DNA from: Ignicoccus islandicus DSM 13165
GTDB lineage: Archaea; Thermoproteota; Thermoprotei_A; Sulfolobales; Ignicoccaceae
Direction of reading: 5' to 3'
Length of the DNA stretch: 32,000 nucleotides
NCBI RefSeq assembly: GCF_001481685.1
Contig: NZ_CP006867.1
Span: 480,001 to 512,000 of the forward strand
The notes beneath the pieces were generated by a model. That model was not told the origin of the DNA. It ran no database searches and was given only the letters and a program-made list of their open reading frames with translations. Shown one piece after another: positions 25,343-32,000 of the stretch. Position numbers and translations under genes: made by a program. The first letter of the stretch is position 1, and each line of letters begins with the position of its first letter.

Positions 25343-26535
25343 GATTCCAAGTACCTCTTTTGTTCTTCAGTAAGGGTATCTATTTTGATACCCATGGCAT
25401 TAAGCTTCCTTCTAGCTACTTCGCTATCTATTTCATGTGGTACCTTGTATACCTTAGGCTCTAGTTTGCCTTTGTTTTCAATTAAGTACTTGACTGAGAG
25501 AAATTGGTTGGCAAAGCTCATGTCCATTACTTCACTCGGATGGCCCTCTGCCGCTACTAGATTTACTAGTCTACCTTCTGCTAATAGATATATCTTCCTT
25601 CCGTCAGGCAGTTTATATTCGTCTACGTATGGTCTTATTCTTCTTTTGGAGACAGCAAGGGCTTCTAAAGACTTAACGTCTATCTCAACGTTGAAGTGCC
25701 CAGCGTTAGCCAAAATGGCACCGTTTTTCATCTTTAGGAAATGCTCCTTTCTGATCACGTTTATGTTACCCGTTGCTGTCACGAATATGTCCCCTACCTT
25801 AGCAGCATCATCCATGGGCATTACATCAAAACCATCGTGGACCGCTTCCAATGCCCTTAGCGGATCTACCTCTGTTACTATAACTCTGGCTCCCATTCCT
25901 CTCATTCTCATAGCTATACCTCTGCCGCACCATCCGTAGCCAGCTACTACGACCTTTTTTCCTGCTATTAATACGTTGGTCGCACGAAGTATTCCATCGA
26001 TCGTACTCTGTCCCGTTCCATATCTATTATCAAACATAAACTTGGTAAGAGCGTCATTGACTGCTATAACTGGATACTTCAGTACGCCATCTTTTTCCAT
26101 TGCTTTAAGCCTAATTACTCCCGTCGTCGTCTCCTCAGTGCCTCCGATTATCTTCTCGGCCAACTGAGGGTACTCTTTATGGATAGTTACGTGGAGGTCC
26201 CCGCCATCATCTATTACTATATCTGGGTTTCCGTCTTCTATTATCTTCCTAATAGCCCAGAAATATTCCTCTTCCGTCTCGCCCTTCCAAGCGTAGACTT
26301 CGATCCCGTCTTTCGCTAGCGCAGCTGCGACGTCGTCTTGAGTACTTAGCGGATTGCTTCCAGCTAGTAAGACCCTAGCACCACACTCTTTCAATGCCTT
26401 AACTAATACTGCCGTCTCTTTAGTAACGTGTAGAACTGCTGAGATAGTTATGCCCTCAAACGGTTTCTCTTTTTTACAATTGTTCATAAGAGACGCGACT
26501 ACAGGCATGTGATTGAGAGCCCACTCTATCTTCAA
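25336..26535 (-). CDS. ahcY: Adenosylhomocysteinase (S-adenosyl-L-homocysteine hydrolase)
   Basis: [120 protein letters not shown]. Confidence 0.97.
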   Translation of the reverse strand: MKIEWALNHMPVVASLMNNCKKEKPFEGITISAVLHVTKETAVLVKALKECGARVLLAGSNPLSTQDDVAAALAKDGIEVYAWKGETEEEYFWAIRKIIEDGNPDIVIDDGGDLHVTIHKEYPQLAEKIIGGTEETTTGVIRLKAMEKDGVLKYPVIAVNDALTKFMFDNRYGTGQSTIDGILRATNVLIAGKKVVVAGYGWCGRGIAMRMRGMGARVIVTEVDPLRALEAVHDGFDVMPMDDAAKVGDIFVTATGNINVIRKEHFLKMKNGAILANAGHFNVEIDVKSLEALAVSKRRIRPYVDEYKLPDGRKIYLLAEGRLVNLVAAEGHPSEVMDMSFANQFLSVKYLIENKGKLEPKVYKVPHEIDSEVARRKLNAMGIKIDTLTEEQKRYLESW

Positions 26536-26649
26536 GTTGCCTTGTTGGGCTAAGTTTATGTCCTTAACCTTATACTTAATCCCTCTTCACCGAAAAGAAG
26601 GCGTTATATGAAATAAAAAGGTATGATGTGTCTAGGAATTCAATATTTG

Positions 26650-26814
26650 TTACGTCGATTCCTTTGGTGGAGCTTCACCAACCTTGGCCCTGAAGTAGTG
26701 ACCATTTGGACACCTAAAGAGGCCAATAATTACGCCCTTGCGACCCTTCGGAGCTAGTTGCCAAGTCTTAATTGGTTCGTTAACTTCAGCTCCACACTTA
26801 GGACACTTTGGCAT
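26650..26814 (-). CDS. Cren7-like chromatin protein variant with zinc-ribbon cysteines (54 aa)
   Basis: [54 protein letters not shown]: Cren7-type core [16 protein letters not shown]...YFRxK plus CxxC...CxxxH. Minus-strand GGGAGGTGTGAG precedes ATG 26814; the longer track ORF to 26877 is unlikely. Confidence 0.85.
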   Translation of the reverse strand: MPKCPKCGAEVNEPIKTWQLAPKGRKGVIIGLFRCPNGHYFRAKVGEAPPKEST

Positions 26815-26863
26815 GTTCTCACACCTCCCCTCGATTTGTTCCGAGTACTCTAGGGTGATGTTC

Positions 26864-26877
26864 TTGCTTATAAGCAA
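26864..26877. promoter_or_regulatory. Perfect 14-bp palindrome TTGCTTATAAGCAA containing the likely TATA box of the Cren7-like gene
   Basis: Self-complementary sequence centred ~56 bp upstream of the ATG at 26814. Confidence 0.45.
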
Positions 26878-27133
26878 AGGTTTTGAAAAAGGTAACGTTC
26901 AGTGTGGAATAATGTTGTATATCTGACAACATCATGCGTTAAAATTAGAAATTCTAAAGTATTACTACCAAAACATGTAATCGATAGAAATAGTGATTTA
27001 CTACAATAATACCTACTTGAGATACATGACATTGAATTGGAACGAAATTAATAGTATACTTATAAATAATAACATGAGCATGCAATGTAGGACATGGATA
27101 CTAGCGATTTGAGAGCCTCCGAGGGAGAGAGAT

Positions 27134-28573
27134 ATGGTTAAATACATCATTAAGGCGCATGTAGAGGTTGAAGGGCCCGTTAACGAACATGATATAATAG
27201 GTGCAATATTTGGTCAAACAGAAGGTCTCTTAGGAGAACAATTCGACTTAAGGGAATTACAAGATAAGAACAGAATTGGAAGGATTATAGTTAAACTAGG
27301 CCCTCGCCAAGGCAACAAAGTTAGTGGCGAAATTCTAATCCCTTCGAATTTGGACAGAGTCGAAACGGCCCTCCTAGCCGCATTAATAGAAAGCGTTGAG
27401 AAAGTTGGCCCGTATCCTGCGAGGATAAGAGTTATAGATATAATAGACGTGAGAGCGCAAAAGATAAAGAGCATAATTGAGAGAGCAAAGGAGATTCTGA
27501 GAAAGTGGGAGAAAGAGAAGACTATGGACGTTAGGGAAATACTGAAGGAAATTACCGAAAGCGTGAGGACTGCTGATATAATAGAATACGGACCGGAGAA
27601 ACTCCCGGCCGGTCCCGATGTAGATAAATCCGATACTGTAATAATAGTTGAAGGTAGAGCAGACGTTCTTAACCTCCTAAGGTACGGTTACACTAACGCA
27701 ATAGCATTAGGCGGTGCGACCACTAAAATACCAGAGACTATAAAGAGGCTAGCTAAGGACAAGGTTGCCATCGCTTTCGTTGATGGAGATAGGGGCGGAA
27801 CGATGATACTTAAGGAGCTACTAAGAGAAGCAGACATCGATTACGTGGCACGCGCACCGCCTGGAAAAGAAGTTGAGGACTTAACTGGGAGGGAAATCGC
27901 TAGAGCTCTCGCTAACTTGATGAAAGCAAGCGAGGTAAAGGCAGAATTAGAGAAAATGGAGCAGCTACAACAATCCGAAATGAAAGAGCTGAAAGAGGTA
28001 CTAGAGAAAGTATCCGAAATAAAGAAGGAAGAGGAAAGCAAATCAACGAAGCCCGAAGAGAAGGAGAAGGTTACCACTCAGACGCAAATCGTCCAAGAAG
28101 TAAAAGAGGTTCCTCAAACCCAGAGCGCAATTGAAGTCCAAGTTCAACAGCCGCAAGTAGAGAAGGAGAAACTTGTGGAAGAGAAGGAATCTAAAGTCAC
28201 AGTCCCCACTGAGAAAGGATTAAGTGAAACTCAGATCCAACTACCAGCGGAGAAGGAAGAAAAGGAGGTGGTTGAGTACAAAATGGTGATACCAGAAGAA
28301 GTCTTCAATAAGCTCAATGAGTTAACTGGTAGACTCGAAGCGATCATTTACGATAGCAACTGGAACGTTGTGAAGAAGGTTCCTACCAGAGACCTCGTCG
28401 AGAACCTAAAGGAGGTAGATGACGTCAGAGCGGTAGTAATGGACGGAGTCGTTACGCAGAGACTCTTAGACGTGCTTGGAACTAAGAATCCGGGTACTGC
28501 AAAACTGGTATTAGCTAAGAGGATGGCTAGAATTACCCATAGACCGAAGGGCGTATTCATAATATTACTCTAA
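27134..28573 (+). CDS. dnaG: Archaeal DnaG-like primase/exosome-associated protein (Toprim)
   Basis: DLRELQDKNRIGRIIVKLG, GPDVDKSDTVIIVEGRADVLNLLRYGYTNAIALGG (Toprim), VAIAFVDGDRGGTMILKELL, VDYVARAPPGKEVEDLT. GGAGAG upstream of ATG. Confidence 0.96.
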   Translation: MVKYIIKAHVEVEGPVNEHDIIGAIFGQTEGLLGEQFDLRELQDKNRIGRIIVKLGPRQGNKVSGEILIPSNLDRVETALLAALIESVEKVGPYPARIRVIDIIDVRAQKIKSIIERAKEILRKWEKEKTMDVREILKEITESVRTADIIEYGPEKLPAGPDVDKSDTVIIVEGRADVLNLLRYGYTNAIALGGATTKIPETIKRLAKDKVAIAFVDGDRGGTMILKELLREADIDYVARAPPGKEVEDLTGREIARALANLMKASEVKAELEKMEQLQQSEMKELKEVLEKVSEIKKEEESKSTKPEEKEKVTTQTQIVQEVKEVPQTQSAIEVQVQQPQVEKEKLVEEKESKVTVPTEKGLSETQIQLPAEKEEKEVVEYKMVIPEEVFNKLNELTGRLEAIIYDSNWNVVKKVPTRDLVENLKEVDDVRAVVMDGVVTQRLLDVLGTKNPGTAKLVLAKRMARITHRPKGVFIILL

Positions 28574-30963
28574 GCGCGTTTGTCTTTACTCTCGTTCTCA
28601 CTTTCCTTTCTGAAGAACGCCATGAGACCATATGCCCTCCCCTTCAACATATCTTCTGTAACGCCGAAGTATCCTAATATCCTCATAGCTGCTGGTATTA
28701 TCTGATGATCTATATAGTAGCTGGTGTCTATTTCTTCAACTGAACTGAGGAACCACGGCTTCGCTCTCTTTGAGAGCTTGCCTGCGCCTTTAACTATGAC
28801 GTATCCAATTTTGTCCCCTTTCCTTACTTCGTATCCCCTTTCGACGGCGTATTTCGCAGCACTAACGTGTGGTGCTTCGACTTTATATTCATCTAACCTT
28901 TTCTCCAGAGTCTTCCAAATGACCAATTTCTCTATAGGTATCTGACCTTTCTTTAACTTGCTTATTACGTCTCTAACGTATTCAATCGCCTTCTTCGTAT
29001 CACCTTCTTTCAAAACTAATTCAATTACCTTTTCCTGAACTTCCTTCGCTATTTCCGCCCAATCTCCCCTAACGGCCTCGAATCCTACTATATCGATCCT
29101 ACCATCTTGAGTAATTCCCGCATATCTCTTCTTAGCCTCTGTGAAAAAGAGCTTCTTATATATCTTATCTATCTTAACCTCGAAGCCGAGCTTTTCCTCT
29201 ATTACCTTAATCAGTTTCTCCACTTTTTCTTTATCATAGATTACGAACAAGCTGTCGGTGTCGCCATATATTACCTTTAAGCCGAGTTTTCGCGCTAACT
29301 CTATCGACTCAGTGATCAATTTCCTACCCCAGGACGTTACCGCCTCTGCGCATTCCCTGCAATACCATCTGGCGTGGGGCCACCCCATGTAACCGTAGTG
29401 AGCGTTAGCTAGTACTTTAACTGCCTTCTGTCTATCATCTAATATTTTATACTGGGGCGACGATGGATCGAGTTCCTTTAGTTTGTTCTTTATTTCCTTC
29501 CTCAGCTCGAGTAGTTGGACTAGTGAGATCTTGAAGAACGCGTCGGGTCGCTTCCTAAATTTATGACCGGAAGGAGCGACATAGACGTCGTTTGGATCGT
29601 ACTTCTCTCCGGGCCTAACGAGGGTATCGGGGCCTACGTTGTACTTTATCATTATATTTGGGTACATCGATGAAAAGTCTAGAACAGCAACGTTTTCGTG
29701 AACGCCCCTAATGGGCTTTAATACTATAGCTCCCTTGTAGCTTTGGACCTTCCTTTCTACTCTGTTGGGCACTAGCTCGTTGACGGAATATGCTATTCTC
29801 ATAAGGTACCATTCAACTTTAAACCCAACTGGGGCCGCGCCAACTTGATCGAGCGGGAGGCCCGTTAAGTATGAAAGCTGTTCGCCGAATGGAACGAAAA
29901 TTTCAGCTAAGAGATATGTGGACAACGCATCGGCCTCGTTGTACTTTCTTAAAGTTTCGCGTAGCGATGGATCTTCCCAGTATTTATAGATCTCGTGACC
30001 AGGTATTATAACGCGATCTTCTTTTTTCATTACTCCTAGATAATCGGCGACGTTCTCTAATGTCTTTACCTTTATTTCGTACACGTCTTTTGCGAAATCG
30101 TATATATCCACGTTGAGTCTGCCTGGTATAGAGTAATGGCCGTATGCTCCACTGGTTGGTAATACACCTACCTTTCTACCTACATCCAGTTTGATGCCAA
30201 TCCTCTTAGATCTCTCAATAAGGTAAGGCCAATCGAAGTTATTACAATTGTAACCGTAGACCAAATCGGGATCTAGTTCCAAAACAGTTTCTTTAAACCA
30301 CTTAATTACTTCCAAATCGCTCTTAGTTTCAGCAACCTTACTCATTACTTTATCTCTAGTAGCTATTGCTACAGATATAATAGGGTCTGATTCGGGTCTA
30401 GGTGTCCCACTTTTGTTATACACCTCAATATCGAAAGATAACGCTCGGAGTTCAGGTCTCTCATCGCTATGAACCTCTCGTAAGTCTTCCAATACCTCAT
30501 ATACGTTATCGACCCTATATACAGGGGACTTGCCCAACTCCTTTACTTTAACGTCGTACCATGCATGCGGCTTTAGACCCTTATCTATTATGTATCTCAT
30601 CGAAAACCTTATGTCTGCTTCAAGTACGTCTTCCACACCATCTATTGTTCTAACCAATTCCCTATACTCTCTTACGTACTCCGGAATAACGGTAGTGACC
30701 TTTAGCGCTGATCGCGGACGACCGAAGTATTTCTTCTTAACTTCCTCAACTGATATTATCGGTGACTTAGGCTTGCTTAGTTTCATGATTTCGTTTTTCA
30801 CGCTTACTGAATCTACGCCCTCACGGAGAAGTACATAGAAATACGGTCGGAAACGCGGATCTTTTAAAAGCACCCTTTCGTTTCCTTCGTTGACACCCCA
30901 AAGAAGTATTACTGGTTTCGACATCTCTGTTTCATAGCTTACGTCTAACAAGTAGAAACGCAT
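28570..30963 (-). CDS. polB: Family B DNA polymerase
   Basis: Exo motifs LSFDIEVY and YGYNCNNFDWPYL; polymerase motifs VLDFSSMYPNIMIKYNVGPDT, KVLANAHYGYMGWPHARWYCRECAEAVTSWGR, VIYGDTDSLFV, KKRYAG. Track ORF begins at 31008; ATG 30963 (MRFYLLDVSY) preferred. Confidence 0.97.
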   Translation of the reverse strand: MRFYLLDVSYETEMSKPVILLWGVNEGNERVLLKDPRFRPYFYVLLREGVDSVSVKNEIMKLSKPKSPIISVEEVKKKYFGRPRSALKVTTVIPEYVREYRELVRTIDGVEDVLEADIRFSMRYIIDKGLKPHAWYDVKVKELGKSPVYRVDNVYEVLEDLREVHSDERPELRALSFDIEVYNKSGTPRPESDPIISVAIATRDKVMSKVAETKSDLEVIKWFKETVLELDPDLVYGYNCNNFDWPYLIERSKRIGIKLDVGRKVGVLPTSGAYGHYSIPGRLNVDIYDFAKDVYEIKVKTLENVADYLGVMKKEDRVIIPGHEIYKYWEDPSLRETLRKYNEADALSTYLLAEIFVPFGEQLSYLTGLPLDQVGAAPVGFKVEWYLMRIAYSVNELVPNRVERKVQSYKGAIVLKPIRGVHENVAVLDFSSMYPNIMIKYNVGPDTLVRPGEKYDPNDVYVAPSGHKFRKRPDAFFKISLVQLLELRKEIKNKLKELDPSSPQYKILDDRQKAVKVLANAHYGYMGWPHARWYCRECAEAVTSWGRKLITESIELARKLGLKVIYGDTDSLFVIYDKEKVEKLIKVIEEKLGFEVKIDKIYKKLFFTEAKKRYAGITQDGRIDIVGFEAVRGDWAEIAKEVQEKVIELVLKEGDTKKAIEYVRDVISKLKKGQIPIEKLVIWKTLEKRLDEYKVEAPHVSAAKYAVERGYEVRKGDKIGYVIVKGAGKLSKRAKPWFLSSVEEIDTSYYIDHQIIPAAMRILGYFGVTEDMLKGRAYGLMAFFRKESENESKDKRA

Positions 30964-31030
30964 TGTTTCTTCTTTCATAAACTGGTACCACTTGTACGAT
31001 AGGAACATATGTCATTAAGTTTGCCTTCGC

Positions 31031-31390
31031 TTACGAAGGAGGATATGGAGGCCATGAGTTAATTGAAGGTATTGCTATTTGGTTAGGTAACGCTACGCTG
31101 ACGCTTATTGGCATGTTAGGTAGCGAAATGGGTGGCGGTGATGGGAGGTTTTGTGGGACTATACCCATTTGGGAAGTTACGTTAAGGTATTCCTTAAGTA
31201 GATATAAGTATTGTAGGTATAACTGCGCGTAAAGCAAAGTGGCGTTATTGTACTGCTGGGCTATTTGAATTGCTATTTCCTTATACGATTGCACCATCGA
31301 GGAATATACGAAATAGTAGGCAACCAACGTAGCTAGTAGTACTCCAAGCACCAACCCAGCGTACGCTATAAGCGCATACATGTCAGCCAA
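31031..31390 (-). CDS. Hypothetical membrane-anchored protein with Tyr/Gln-rich helix and Pro-rich C-terminus
   Basis: N-terminal TM (ALIAYAGLVLGVLLATLVAYYFVY), YKEIAIQIAQQYNNATLLYAQLYLQYLYLLKEYLN, then NLPSPPPISLPNMP...WPPYPPS. Confidence 0.7.
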   Translation of the reverse strand: MADMYALIAYAGLVLGVLLATLVAYYFVYSSMVQSYKEIAIQIAQQYNNATLLYAQLYLQYLYLLKEYLNVTSQMGIVPQNLPSPPPISLPNMPISVSVALPNQIAIPSINSWPPYPPS

Positions 31391-31507
31391 GTTCGACGCA
31401 CCGGGACTTACGGTATAATAATAAATTATATTTTTCTTCAGCAGTACGACCTATTCATGTGCACGGCTGATAAAAGCGAACCTTTAGAACGTCGTTAGAG
31501 TCAATCA

Positions 31508-32000
31508 ATGGCGGGCATTAGAGCTTTGGCGTCCATGAGGTTAATAAGGTTAGGTATCCCGGTTTTCGACGTCAGAGTAGGTAACGTTACGTTAGGAAGC
31601 TTACAAGTACTTTCGGGCGATCCGGATTCCAATGTTCACATGTTTCTATACATAATAGCTAAGTCTTGGAGCGAAAGAGGAGAAAGAATAGCATTCATAA
31701 TAGATAAGGGTAACTCGGAATACCATAGACAAATAGCGGAGGCCATGGGGATAGCAGTAAGGTCGTTAGAAGAGGGTAACATGTGGCATTACGAGGAAGC
31801 AGAATCTTCTAACGACGCCATTGCTAAGGTAGTTGACTTGATGACGGCGTATCCTCTCATATTAGTAGATTCTACCTCATGGTTCGACGCAGATCCCGAG
31901 TTACTTACTCGAACGCTAAACATGGTAGCTGCGAGTAACGCAATAGTAGTTATTGCTGTAATAGATAAGCGTGGGAACCCGGAATCCATATCCATCCTGG
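31508..32000 (+). CDS. RecA/KaiC-like ATPase-fold protein with degenerate Walker A, truncated by the window end
   Basis: Own translation with no stop to 32000: MAGIRALASMRLIRLGIPVFDVRVGNVTLGSLQVLSGDPDSNVHMFLYIIAKSWSERGERIAFIIDKGNSEYHRQIAEAMGIAV...PLILVDSTSWFDADPELL... Not in the ORF track because it runs off the end. Confidence 0.65.
   Translation, partial: MAGIRALASMRLIRLGIPVFDVRVGNVTLGSLQVLSGDPDSNVHMFLYIIAKSWSERGERIAFIIDKGNSEYHRQIAEAMGIAVRSLEEGNMWHYEEAESSNDAIAKVVDLMTAYPLILVDSTSWFDADPELLTRTLNMVAASNAIVVIAVIDKRGNPESISIL

Overview
This is a gene-dense window from a (hyper)thermophilic crenarchaeon. The organism is inferred from gene content: Cren7-like motif, TFE, archaeal DnaG, family-B DNA polymerase, aTrm56, type 2 IPP isomerase and A-type ATPase subunits. 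It is plausibly Desulfurococcales/Ignicoccus-like, but I did not verify this. I see no CRISPR array, transposon, provirus or classical defence island.

Supported genes include moaC, a FecCD-type permease with its solute-binding protein, solitary 5S rRNA, type 2 IPP isomerase, hypD, trm56, tfe, an orphan C5-cytosine DNA methyltransferase, a MhpD/FAH-like protein, a double thioredoxin-fold protein, tRNA-Leu(TAG), hypE, an M24 peptidase, uspA, and an ActP-like symporter with a DUF485-like partner. They also include homoserine kinase, DUF373, a COG1340-like coiled-coil protein, a GPN GTPase, a 4-CBS protein, A-ATPase subunit C plus a stalk subunit, two class III signal-peptide pilins, tRNA-Arg(GCG), a PfkB kinase, ahcY, a Cren7-like zinc-ribbon protein, dnaG and polB.

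The best leads for new biology are: (1) a 54-aa protein combining a Cren7-type core motif with a CxxC...CxxxH zinc-binding pattern; (2) a full-motif m5C methyltransferase with PPCE in place of PPCQ, overlapping the TFE gene in a tight operon and without a restriction partner; (3) a RecA/KaiC-like protein with a destroyed Walker A at the right edge; (4) redox-fold proteins with partly or fully lost CxxC motifs; (5) an unlisted 49-aa membrane micro-ORF; (6) perfect 14-bp palindromes placed on promoters; (7) an ahcY-PfkB kinase overlap suggesting an adenosine-salvage pair; (8) a TSP3-repeat surface protein with an apparent 5' frameshift.
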